A DNA stretch of 60,318 bases, filler included. It is 3 parts of 3 records of this genome, joined end to end, with 100 filler letters (N's around TTAATTAATTAA, not from the genome) between each part and the next. Parts side by side here need not be neighbours in the genome. Positions count along the whole stretch, not along the records: positions 1 to 28,936 come from SRR31156797_3462; 2 more parts are not named here. One strand, given 5' to 3'. Positions within the stretch are counted from its first letter, which is position 1. Each line of letters opens with the position of its first letter. Shown piece by piece: positions 18,210-26,754 of this stretch. Position numbers and translations under genes: made by a program. The notes beneath the pieces are model-generated. The model was not told the origin of the DNA and made no database searches. It saw nothing but the letters and a program-made list of their open reading frames with translations.

Positions 18210-19942
18210 TAAGACAGAATATTAATCTTAATCCATCGCAGCTTCAGAATATACTGCTTTTCCCAAAACGAAAAGTATCTGTAAAAGGTCGTGGAGTTGG
18301 TAAATCCTACGAAACAGGTAATGATATAGACCAGGTAAATAAGCAAATGCCCAGAGCTTGTATGGCCATTACCGGAACTACCTTTGGTCAGCTGCTTACC
18401 CGTACATTACCTTCGGCTTTCAAATACCTTCATGAATTAGGCTATGTTCAGCATGAATCTAAAAAGAAGCCAGGGAATTATGTAATTGGTCGAAAACCTC
18501 CGGAGCATTTTATCAGGCCTTACGAAGAAATCATGAAGCATGATAATATTATCAGCTTCAGCGGTGGAAATGCAGGTATTCTTTTATCGCAGGACCGTGC
18601 CGGATCAGCTCGTGGTGCCAACGTAGATTTTGAACTTTTAGATGAAGCTTTAACCATCAATAAAGAACGCTACGATGAAGAAACTTCGCCCACTAACCGA
18701 GGTAATGAAGAAAAGTGGGGAACTCGTTCCAGGAACCCGGTTCCCATGCATCATGGTTTTCATTATTTGACATCAATGCCATTTACCAATGAGCAAAAGT
18801 GGATATTGGATTATGCCAAGTATTATGAAGAGGAGAGAGGCGTTAGAATCCTTGAAATATGGAATCGTATAGTACAGCTTCAGCTGCAGCTAATCGATGC
18901 TAAAAAGGATAATAACCTCAAGCTATTTAAAGATATTTGGAATGAGACAGTTCGACTAAAGGCACAAATAACACCATTTGTAAGCAAAGATGGTTTATTG
19001 TTTACATTGGCCAATGCCCTGGATAATATCGATAATGTAGGCTTCTCATACATTATGCGTGAGTATGAAAAACAAACCATGCTTACCTTTCTGATTGAGA
19101 TTATGAATATGGTGCTGGATGTAGTAGAGGATTGCTACTATGCCATTGATTCAGCTAAGCACATCTATTACAATGCCTATAATGACTCTTTTTTACGTGA
19201 TTATGCTGAAGATACCAATTGGGATTTTAATAAGCTCGGTACTCCGGATAGTCGCTTTGATTTGGACTGCGATCCTAAGAAGCCTTTGGAGGTGTGCCCG
19301 GATTGGGGTGCAAAGATTGCCTTATTCTCTATAGGTCAGGAACGTAATTTCGATTTTGTCAGTAAGTTGGCCATACCTACCGATAACTTTATCAATGAGT
19401 TTTTTGTCAAACCGGATCAGTCTCCAGGTGTCATGATCAACGACCTGGTAGATCAGTTCTGTAAATACTATGAATACCATGGATGCAAAGAAATCCTTTA
19501 CTATCACGATAAATACGGCGACCACAAACAGCCGAATGCTAAGAACTCAACAACGTACAATCAGCAAGCAATTGAGCGCTTTAGAAAGAACAACTGGCAT
19601 GTTACCAGTATGCAGCACAAAGGTATGGAACCACCACAGCACGATAAGTACTTACTCTGGGCAAACATTCTCAAAAAAGATTCAGAAGATAAATATTACC
19701 CCAATGTTCGGTTTAATGGCCAGAAGTGCAAGTATACGCTCATCTCGATGAACAATACCAAGGTAATCGATAAGGACGGCAAGTTTCAAAAGGATAAGAG
19801 CAGTGAACGCAAGAACTCCATACTACCAGAGGAAGCCACACACTTTGGTGATGCTGCAGACAAACGTATCTGGACTAAGTATAATAAGTTATTGACTAAA
19901 CGAGGAAGTATTTTTGTGAGTGCTAGGTTTGGTAACAATTAA
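18206..19942 (+). CDS. terL: Terminase large subunit
   Basis: Walker A GRGVGKS, Walker B LLDEA, nuclease residues DWG and HFGDAAD. Confidence 0.9.
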   Translation: MIRQNINLNPSQLQNILLFPKRKVSVKGRGVGKSYETGNDIDQVNKQMPRACMAITGTTFGQLLTRTLPSAFKYLHELGYVQHESKKKPGNYVIGRKPPEHFIRPYEEIMKHDNIISFSGGNAGILLSQDRAGSARGANVDFELLDEALTINKERYDEETSPTNRGNEEKWGTRSRNPVPMHHGFHYLTSMPFTNEQKWILDYAKYYEEERGVRILEIWNRIVQLQLQLIDAKKDNNLKLFKDIWNETVRLKAQITPFVSKDGLLFTLANALDNIDNVGFSYIMREYEKQTMLTFLIEIMNMVLDVVEDCYYAIDSAKHIYYNAYNDSFLRDYAEDTNWDFNKLGTPDSRFDLDCDPKKPLEVCPDWGAKIALFSIGQERNFDFVSKLAIPTDNFINEFFVKPDQSPGVMINDLVDQFCKYYEYHGCKEILYYHDKYGDHKQPNAKNSTTYNQQAIERFRKNNWHVTSMQHKGMEPPQHDKYLLWANILKKDSEDKYYPNVRFNGQKCKYTLISMNNTKVIDKDGKFQKDKSSERKNSILPEEATHFGDAADKRIWTKYNKLLTKRGSIFVSARFGNN

Positions 19943-19981
19943 ATAAGGTATCAACCTCACTACATGATGTTGATGGAATAG

Positions 19982-20007
19982 GACTGCCTTTGAGCAGTCT
20001 TTTTTTT
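19982..20007 (+). terminator. Intrinsic terminator after terL
   Basis: GACTGC-CTTTGA-GCAGTC then T8. Confidence 0.75.
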
Positions 20008-20254
20008 GCTCTAATCTATGGTATCAGTCAGGAAACTGCCTGATGTATTTGTATGGACTGCCTTGGCAGTTTTGCCCCTGCCTACTTATCATATTTCCTT
20101 AAAAAATGCCTTGGGGCAGCTGCCCCGCTCTGTAGGGCGGGATCGGGGTTCTTATCGTGAAACAGTATTTTAAATTGAGTTTTTGCTCAATTAAAAATCT
20201 GTGTATCTGATGTTTAAAAAAAAATAAACTGGATGAACTTTTTACACTTTATTA

Positions 20255-20286
20255 TTTGGCGGTTATGCCTATTTTTAGTATATTTA
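20255..20286 (+). promoter_or_regulatory. Bacteroidota primary-sigma promoter with operator-like GGCGGTTATGCC
   Basis: TTTG-N20-TATATTTA. Confidence 0.6.
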
Positions 20287-20354
20287 AGTATTGAAAGTCA
20301 GATAAATAGAGGCTTTTAATGATGTAATATTGTTTAATTAAATCATTTTCGCAG

Positions 20355-20774
20355 ATGACAGCAAGAAAAGAAAAAGCGCAGGTTTTGACACCTGAAAAAA
20401 TGCAGGAAGTTTTAAAGCAAAACGAAACTTTAATTAAGAGAATTGAAGAGCTTGAAAAAAAGCAAACAGAGAAGCCGAAAACCTACGAGGAGCAAATCCA
20501 ATTTTTTGAGTATCAGCAGCAGATTATTGGACATTTGGAAAGGTTCGAAAAAAAGAAAGTAGACATTGAAGAAGCTTTAAAAGTGGTAAAGGATAAAACC
20601 GAAAACGGGGATTTTGAAGCTAAAGTATTTGCATTGACTTTGACCTCTACCAATGGGGAGAAAAAGACCGTTTTTAATATTACCAATCCTTTGATAATTG
20701 GTAAGACTTTAGAATCTGTTACGGGTGAGATCAGCGACAAAATAAGCGACCTTAAAAAAGAGCTTACTATCTAA
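20355..20774 (+). CDS. Coiled-coil hypothetical protein
   Basis: 139 aa, first gene of the island; FNITNPLII. Confidence 0.75.
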   Translation: MTARKEKAQVLTPEKMQEVLKQNETLIKRIEELEKKQTEKPKTYEEQIQFFEYQQQIIGHLERFEKKKVDIEEALKVVKDKTENGDFEAKVFALTLTSTNGEKKTVFNITNPLIIGKTLESVTGEISDKISDLKKELTI

Positions 20775-20850
20775 AAAACAAAAGCCCAAAGGGCTGCAAC
20801 TCTTTGGGCTTTGGATTCAATTTTTAAACTAAAAACTAAATCATTTTCGC
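20773..20850 (-). ncRNA. Predicted SymR-like antisense RNA
   Basis: Minus-strand promoter ATTG-N20-TATCTTTA (20887-20856) and minus-strand terminator hairpin AAAGCCCAAA/TTTGGGCTTT with U-tail. Confidence 0.55.
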
Positions 20851-21129
20851 ATGTGTAAAGATACGGTAAAACGGATTGAAAAACAATTAAAAGTGACCAG
20901 GCAGCCACAAGGCAAAAGCTACGTTCCTGGGTTTAGATTGGCAGGCAAATACATGAACGACCTAGGATTTAAAGAGGGTGATCATGTGGATATGGTAGCC
21001 AATCAAGAGCTTATAATCATAAAAAAGCATTCAGATACAGCTCCGCAACTTTCTGAAATGGTGAATAAAAACCCTGCTTTACTCTCCTTGATAAGTGCTT
21101 TTGAATTGGTGCCCGATGAAGGAGTTTAA
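20851..21129 (+). CDS. SymE-family (AbrB-fold) type I toxin-like protein
   Basis: VPGFRLAGKYMNDLGFKEGDHVDM..NQELIII matches the SymE pattern PxxxLxGxWLxxxGF. Confidence 0.75.
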   Translation: MCKDTVKRIEKQLKVTRQPQGKSYVPGFRLAGKYMNDLGFKEGDHVDMVANQELIIIKKHSDTAPQLSEMVNKNPALLSLISAFELVPDEGV

Positions 21130-21853
21130 CAAACTCTTTTCAAAACTTGCCTACCGTCATGATTATATGACTTTGTTTGATGATTTTTTGACGCTTTCCC
21201 TTTGCGCTTTTGGTATGGGTAGGTATGAAAAAGAATATTTGCAAACATTAGAACCTTACAGCAAAGAAGAAATAAACATTTTCCCTCAATTGTTGGGGGA
21301 GCTTGTGAACTACTACACATTAAAAAGTTCCTCTGGTGGATGGGTTGACGGTTTAGGCGAATTTTTTGAAGAACATAATGGCAAGTTTGGCAGAGATGCA
21401 CGGGGGCAATTCTTTACACCTCCGCACCTGTGCGACATGATGGCACGAATGCAAGAACCTTGCAAAGGAAAGATAAACGACCCAGCCGCCGGAAGTGGGC
21501 GGTGCTTAATTGCGGTTGACAGGTTGGACCCTCAAAACCGATATGATAATTTTTATATAGCGGTGGACGTTGACCCTCGATGCGTAAAAATGTGCGCTAT
21601 TAATATGATGCTTTACGGCATGCGTGGCGCTGTTATACATGCTAATTCTTTATCCTTAGAAATATTTGGAGGTTATAGAGTTTACATGCCCGATACAGGT
21701 TTAGGCATAGTTAAATTGAATGAATCAGAGTGTTATCAGTACATGTTTGAACCCAAAGAAAAGGAAGAGAAAAAACATGTACATGTTTCTACACCAACTC
21801 AACCACAGCGAACCGCAGAGCAATTAAAACTATTTGAAATTTTGAACGCATGA
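21116..21853 (+). CDS. N-6 DNA methylase (HsdM-like) protein without NPPF/Y motif
   Basis: GQFFTP, DPAAGSG, VDVDPRCVKMCAINM, HANSL. Confidence 0.8.
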   Translation: MKEFNKLFSKLAYRHDYMTLFDDFLTLSLCAFGMGRYEKEYLQTLEPYSKEEINIFPQLLGELVNYYTLKSSSGGWVDGLGEFFEEHNGKFGRDARGQFFTPPHLCDMMARMQEPCKGKINDPAAGSGRCLIAVDRLDPQNRYDNFYIAVDVDPRCVKMCAINMMLYGMRGAVIHANSLSLEIFGGYRVYMPDTGLGIVKLNESECYQYMFEPKEKEEKKHVHVSTPTQPQRTAEQLKLFEILNA

Positions 21854-22191
21854 CAGCAAAAGAACAACGATATCAAGAAAATAGAGATACACTAAAAGCC
21901 CTAAGTAAAACAGCTAAAAAGTTGATGGAATTGGGCGATTTTACAACCATTAATGAAGCCATTGTAAACGGCATATATAAAGCCGATAACCCCAATATAA
22001 GAGAGTTTAAAACCTTTAATCAATGGAAGGATGAAGGAATGAAAATTAAGAAGGGTTCGCGTGGTTTTGTGGTTTGGGGCAAACCAAAGAAGAATCAAAC
22101 CGAAGAAGCCGACAACGAAGAAAAAGACGAGTTTAAATACTGGCCAATGTGTTATTTGTTTTCTAACCTGCAGGTCGAAAAAGCGGAGTAA
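21850..22191 (+). CDS. ArdC-like N-terminal ssDNA-binding domain protein
   Basis: FKTFNQWKDEGMKIKKGSRGFVVW ... YLFSNLQVE. Confidence 0.8.
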   Translation: MTAKEQRYQENRDTLKALSKTAKKLMELGDFTTINEAIVNGIYKADNPNIREFKTFNQWKDEGMKIKKGSRGFVVWGKPKKNQTEEADNEEKDEFKYWPMCYLFSNLQVEKAE

Positions 22192-22428
22192 ATGTATATT
22201 TATCATAAGTAAGGGCGCTCTTTTGGGGCGACCCTCCGCTGCGCTCCGGGCAATAAGGTATTGTTGAATAAATTGACAGAGGCATAGACATTCGGGCGCA
22301 GCCCAAATACCCGTGTTATGCGTCAATTTAATCACAATGAGGTCCGTTTATTTTTCTTCTCCAACTGCCCGCCATTCCTGCGTTTTAGCTTTTGGATAAA
22401 AAAAAGTTTGAAAAAACATTAAAATAAA

Positions 22429-22460
22429 TTTGGCGGTTACGCCAATGTAGTATATATTTG
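22429..22460 (+). promoter_or_regulatory. Consensus Bacteroidota promoter with operator-like GGCGGTTACGCC
   Basis: TTTG-N20-TATATTTG, a perfect -33/-7 match. Confidence 0.75.
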
Positions 22461-22525
22461 TAATACAATATTTCAATAAGGCCTACACACCTGGGGCCAA
22501 CATCAGGTGTCTAAAAATAAATAAC

Positions 22526-22918
22526 ATGAAAACTTTAAAAGAAAACACTACAACTTTTTTAAACGAGGTTAAATCAGTATTAGATTTAGCAACATGGGAT
22601 TTTCAAGCTTGTAACCCTAGAGCTAATTACGATGGTTGCGAAAAAGCAACTTCTTATCTTGACGGACAAAGATGGTCTATTAAAAAAATCAAACCTTTAT
22701 TAGAAGAAAATTGGGACGTTATTGTAGAGAAAATTAGAGAAGCAAGAAAAGATAACCTTGTTTATTTTACAGAAGAAGAAAAAGCAGAAATAGCTGCAAA
22801 AACAATAGCTAACGAATTAGCATTTGCAAGAATTGCACCTTATTCATGGAATAGTCGTTTTGACAGACACGGAGATAATGCCTGGTATATTGACGAAACA
22901 GTAACTTTTTATATATAA
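22526..22918 (+). CDS. Hypothetical protein, anti-defence candidate
   Basis: 130 aa, first gene after the consensus promoter. Confidence 0.7.
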   Translation: MKTLKENTTTFLNEVKSVLDLATWDFQACNPRANYDGCEKATSYLDGQRWSIKKIKPLLEENWDVIVEKIREARKDNLVYFTEEEKAEIAAKTIANELAFARIAPYSWNSRFDRHGDNAWYIDETVTFYI

Positions 22919-23457
22919 TGAAACGAAACTACCCACTTTTTACAATTGATAGGAGCAAACACAGCTCCTATCCTTTTGATTATATCACATGCTACGATCG
23001 CACGGTTGGTTTTATTGCACGTGTGGTTCATTTTACAAACGATATTCAATATCATGAATATCTGAATAGAATTGCTGAACATGAAGATAGTAAGGAATTA
23101 AGCACAACTCTTAAGCTAAAAAAAGGAGGGCTTGTATTGGTTGTGGATGATTTTTTGTATCAATTCGATTGGACATCTAAAAATCTTAACAGGGTTCAGA
23201 CCTTATTAAAAAAAGGATTTAAAAAATACATGCATGCCGAAGTGGATCGTACACCAACGGATAATGATTTAGGTATTGATGATCAAATTAAACAGCAAGA
23301 GGAAACAATAGCCATGGCAAAGGCTAATTATGAATCTTTGGTAGAACGTTCTTTAGGCGATAAGAAAATAGCCGATTATCAGATAGCTCTTGCGGAAGCT
23401 ACGCTGGACACTTTAAAAGCTTTTCGCGACAATCAGAAATTTATAAATCTCAATTAA
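22918..23457 (+). CDS. Hypothetical protein, anti-defence candidate
   Basis: 179 aa, TAATG coupling. Confidence 0.7.
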   Translation: MKRNYPLFTIDRSKHSSYPFDYITCYDRTVGFIARVVHFTNDIQYHEYLNRIAEHEDSKELSTTLKLKKGGLVLVVDDFLYQFDWTSKNLNRVQTLLKKGFKKYMHAEVDRTPTDNDLGIDDQIKQQEETIAMAKANYESLVERSLGDKKIADYQIALAEATLDTLKAFRDNQKFINLN

Positions 23458-23459
23458 CC

Positions 23460-23663
23460 ATGAAAATTCAACTTCACGAACTCGTTGAAAAATACGATAT
23501 ACCTAAAGCCTGGTTAGCAGAAATAACTGGCTTTAACCGTAGGCAAGTAAGTAATTGGGTAATGCAGCCTGATAAAACACCTATTCCTGAAGCTAAAAAG
23601 ATTATGGTACAGGAAAGGCTAAGAGAGTTAGGCGAAGTATTACGAAATATAGAATTAAAGTAA
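23460..23663 (+). CDS. Small HTH protein (Aca-like position)
   Basis: IPKAWLAEITGFNRRQVSNWV XRE-like HTH, last gene of the operon. Confidence 0.75.
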   Translation: MKIQLHELVEKYDIPKAWLAEITGFNRRQVSNWVMQPDKTPIPEAKKIMVQERLRELGEVLRNIELK

Positions 23664-23672
23664 ATCGCTGCC

Positions 23673-23718
23673 GTCGCACGGCTGTCCTTTTTCTCCAACG
23701 ACATTAAACCTTCATTTG
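23673..23718 (+). promoter_or_regulatory. Putative phage late promoter, copy 4
   Basis: GTCGCA-N3-CTGTCCTTTTT...TTCATTTG. Confidence 0.55.
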
Positions 23719-23742
23719 TAACAAACAAATGGAGGTTTTTTT
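23706..23742 (+). terminator. Terminator closing the early island
   Basis: AAACCTTCATTTGT/ACAAATGGAGGTTT plus T-run. Confidence 0.6.
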
Positions 23743-24009
23743 ATGCACAGACATGAAGTTTTAGAAGCACTCGATTATAAGACCGATGGTCATGATAAGC
23801 CGGTTACTTTTTCTATTAAAGTACGCCTGAAGGATGGTACCTTAAAGTTTATTGCAAAAGGTCATGCTTGTGGTGTTAAAGGCAATATGGCTGCTAATCG
23901 ATTGCGTGGTGTTCAGGAAGTAGACGAAAAGGGCGAAAAGGTAAGCCATCCTACACCTATCAGCATAGACAGAATTATAGAGTTCAACGGCAAAAAAGTA
24001 TACATGTAA
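23743..24009 (+). CDS. Small phage protein preceding portal
   Basis: Ends IDRIIEFNGKKVY; TAATG-coupled to portal. Confidence 0.7.
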   Translation: MHRHEVLEALDYKTDGHDKPVTFSIKVRLKDGTLKFIAKGHACGVKGNMAANRLRGVQEVDEKGEKVSHPTPISIDRIIEFNGKKVYM

Positions 24010-25364
24010 TGGCAGTTGACGCTCTATTTAATAATAAAGGGATTCCTTTAATGGCCAGCGGTAAAACATTTATGATGGACACCGCCGGAGCGCCTGCAGT
24101 CAATCCTAAAAGCATAACGCAGGTATCGCCCGAGTTGGATGATACTGTTTCGGTAGGTAACTTGAAGGTGGCCAGCTGGGGCAGTGGTAATTCATTTCCT
24201 TCCGATGCAGAGGAATTGATCGGTAAAACGGGCGTACTTAATACCGGGCTTCGCTTTATTCAGCGTGTGGTAATAGGTCAGGGCATATTCCCATGTCAGG
24301 TAAGCGGATATGATGATAAAGGAAACGAGAAGCTTGAGGTTGTCGATAATCCTGAAATTACCAAGCTTTTAAACGGTCGAATGATTCGCCGTTATCTGGC
24401 TAATTCTACTCGCGACTATTTTAAGTTTGGACAAGCATTTCCGGAGTTTATTTTTACTGCAGACGGAAAAAAGGTTCATGGTATTGATGTAAAAAACGCA
24501 TTGTATTCCCGTAACCTGGAGAAAAAGAATGGTGTGATACCTGGTATTGTGGTTTCCGGAAAATGGCCGGATACACCTTCTGATAGTAAAGACTATTCTG
24601 TTATCGATTTGCTGGATATGTACGATCCTTTCTTCGACATGGAAAGTATGCGCTTGCTAGGTAAAAGCACTGGCAAAACCGTTGCTTTTCCTTTGCGTGA
24701 TGAATGGTCCAACAATGAGTATCATCCTTTGCCAATTTGGTGGAGTGCCAAGCTTGCCGGATGGATTGATATTGCTCAAAAAGTTCCTGCCTTTTTATTA
24801 AAGATGTATGAGAATCAAATCAGCTTAAAATGGCACGTGCAGATTCCTTACGCTTATTGGGAAAAGAAATATCCGGAGAAAGATTTTAAATCCATCGAGG
24901 AAAGAAAAACAGCTATTCAGGCCGAAATGGATTTGATAGAGGAAAGCTTAACAGGTACTGAGAATGCCAATAAAGCGCTTTTCTCCATGTTCGAAATGAA
25001 TCCAAATGGAAAGGTTGAAGAGCAATGGATTATCACCGCTTTGGATGATAAGAGTAAGAATAGTGATCAGCTGATTACCTCAGCTGCAGCTAACTCCGAA
25101 ATCTGTTTTGCTTTAATGATCAATCCTAATGTATTTGGAGCCGGAATGCCAGGCGGAACTTACGCCGGAAATCAAGGCGGCTCCAATATTCGTGAAGCGT
25201 TTTTGGTGAATATTGCTTTAGCCTGGTTAGATCGGCAGGCGCTACTAGATCCTATTGAATTGATGCTGCAGTTCAATGGTCATGATAATGTGCAGCTGAG
25301 ATTCAGAAATACCATTTTAACAACGCTCGATACAGGAGCCGGAACCACTAATAATTTAGCCTGA
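24009..25364 (+). CDS. Portal protein (probable)
   Basis: 451 aa; WGSGNSFP, LTGTENANK, GGSNIREAF, LTTLD. Confidence 0.75.
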   Translation: MAVDALFNNKGIPLMASGKTFMMDTAGAPAVNPKSITQVSPELDDTVSVGNLKVASWGSGNSFPSDAEELIGKTGVLNTGLRFIQRVVIGQGIFPCQVSGYDDKGNEKLEVVDNPEITKLLNGRMIRRYLANSTRDYFKFGQAFPEFIFTADGKKVHGIDVKNALYSRNLEKKNGVIPGIVVSGKWPDTPSDSKDYSVIDLLDMYDPFFDMESMRLLGKSTGKTVAFPLRDEWSNNEYHPLPIWWSAKLAGWIDIAQKVPAFLLKMYENQISLKWHVQIPYAYWEKKYPEKDFKSIEERKTAIQAEMDLIEESLTGTENANKALFSMFEMNPNGKVEEQWIITALDDKSKNSDQLITSAAANSEICFALMINPNVFGAGMPGGTYAGNQGGSNIREAFLVNIALAWLDRQALLDPIELMLQFNGHDNVQLRFRNTILTTLDTGAGTTNNLA

Positions 25365-26332
25365 TGTTAGTAAGAGAAACAAGTCATATCAGAACAGTAA
25401 TTCCGGTGAACTCCGGGGTTGATTTTGACACCTTTGAGCCTTATGTGAATGCGGTGGAAGATCAGTTTATTATCCCCGTTTTAGGGCAAACTTTATATGA
25501 TGAACTCGACGCTACTATTGCCGATGATAATGGTACGGATGATCAGAAAAAGCTACTAAAAAAGGTACGCTATTCTCTGGTTCATTTAGTCATGTTCAAA
25601 GGCTTTGATATGCTCAATGTAACCTTTGACGAATCAGGCTTTGAGCGTATTAAAGACAGTGGTATTTATCGTTACCAGGAGGAGAATTTAAAGAGCACTT
25701 TTAAAAACGAAGGTTACAACGGTATTGATTCTATTCTGGAGTATTTGCAAAAGAACATAGTTACCTATGGAAGCTTTGTTGATAGTGCCTTTTACACCAA
25801 TATGAAGGGTAGTTTTTTTCCAACCACCTTTGAGTTTAACCAGGTGTATGGCATTGGTAATAGTCGTTTGGTATTTCTACAGGTGTCTAAATTCTTTAGC
25901 CAGGTTCTGGATTTTAAGATTAAGCCTTTGCTGGGCGAAACCTTATACAACCTTGTACTTACAGAAATGAAAAAGACAGCTGATCAGAATGCTGATTTAA
26001 TGGCCTTAGTGCCTTATATCCGCAAACCATTAGCATACCTGGCTGTTGCTGAAGGTTTCGACGAATTAGGCCTGCAGATCACTGAAAAAGGGATGTTTTT
26101 TGAATCGCAGATTGAAACCTCTAATTCAAACATTAACACATCTCAGGCCAGTGATGCGCAAAAGTTGGTAGTGTTGGAAAAGGCACGTTTAAATGGCGCC
26201 AGGTATCTGGAAGTACTGCTGAACCATTTAAAACTAAATGCCGCTACCTATCCCGATTTTACACAGACAGAACTAGAAAATACGAACCCATTGCGGAGGG
26301 ATAACTCCGGCAAAAAAACATTTTGGGCTTAA
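25364..26332 (+). CDS. DUF6712-like phage protein (two internal repeats; possible head-tail adaptor)
   Basis: Repeated IxPxLGxxLY motif (IIPVLGQTLY, IKPLLGETLY). Confidence 0.65.
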   Translation: MLVRETSHIRTVIPVNSGVDFDTFEPYVNAVEDQFIIPVLGQTLYDELDATIADDNGTDDQKKLLKKVRYSLVHLVMFKGFDMLNVTFDESGFERIKDSGIYRYQEENLKSTFKNEGYNGIDSILEYLQKNIVTYGSFVDSAFYTNMKGSFFPTTFEFNQVYGIGNSRLVFLQVSKFFSQVLDFKIKPLLGETLYNLVLTEMKKTADQNADLMALVPYIRKPLAYLAVAEGFDELGLQITEKGMFFESQIETSNSNINTSQASDAQKLVVLEKARLNGARYLEVLLNHLKLNAATYPDFTQTELENTNPLRRDNSGKKTFWA

Positions 26333-26754
26333 TGCACACTAGCACTTTAGATATGGATAAAATTATGAGTTTCGCGAGTAAACTATTTGGCGTGTCATTG
26401 GCCTATTTCTCGCCTATAAAAGAGGTTACCCATGCTATTTTGATTTTATTTCTGATTGATTGGTTTACCGGAGTTTGGAAGAGCAGAATTGTACGAAGAA
26501 GAATAACCAGCTACAGATTAAGAAAGTCATCGCAAAAAATAGCCAGTTACATAGTGGCTATCCTTGCTGCTCATGTTTTAAATGAGAGTATTCTGGATGG
26601 TGGTTTGCATCTACCTCAGATAATAGCCGGATATATTGGAGTTACTGAATTTACAAGCATACTCGAAAATTTGAGCGAAATAACAGGACGCAATTTACTG
26701 CGTGATATTGCAGCAAAAGTATCTCAAAGTTTAAAAGAAAAATACTTGAAATGA
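26323..26754 (+). CDS. Phage holin family protein
   Basis: LIDWFTGVWKS...ITSYRLRKS..K...EFTSILENL with TM segments. Confidence 0.85.
   Translation: MGLMHTSTLDMDKIMSFASKLFGVSLAYFSPIKEVTHAILILFLIDWFTGVWKSRIVRRRITSYRLRKSSQKIASYIVAILAAHVLNESILDGGLHLPQIIAGYIGVTEFTSILENLSEITGRNLLRDIAAKVSQSLKEKYLK

Noticed and set aside
21901-22335. 144-aa minus-strand ORF
   Set aside because: Antisense to the ArdC-like gene and hairpin region; no recognisable motif
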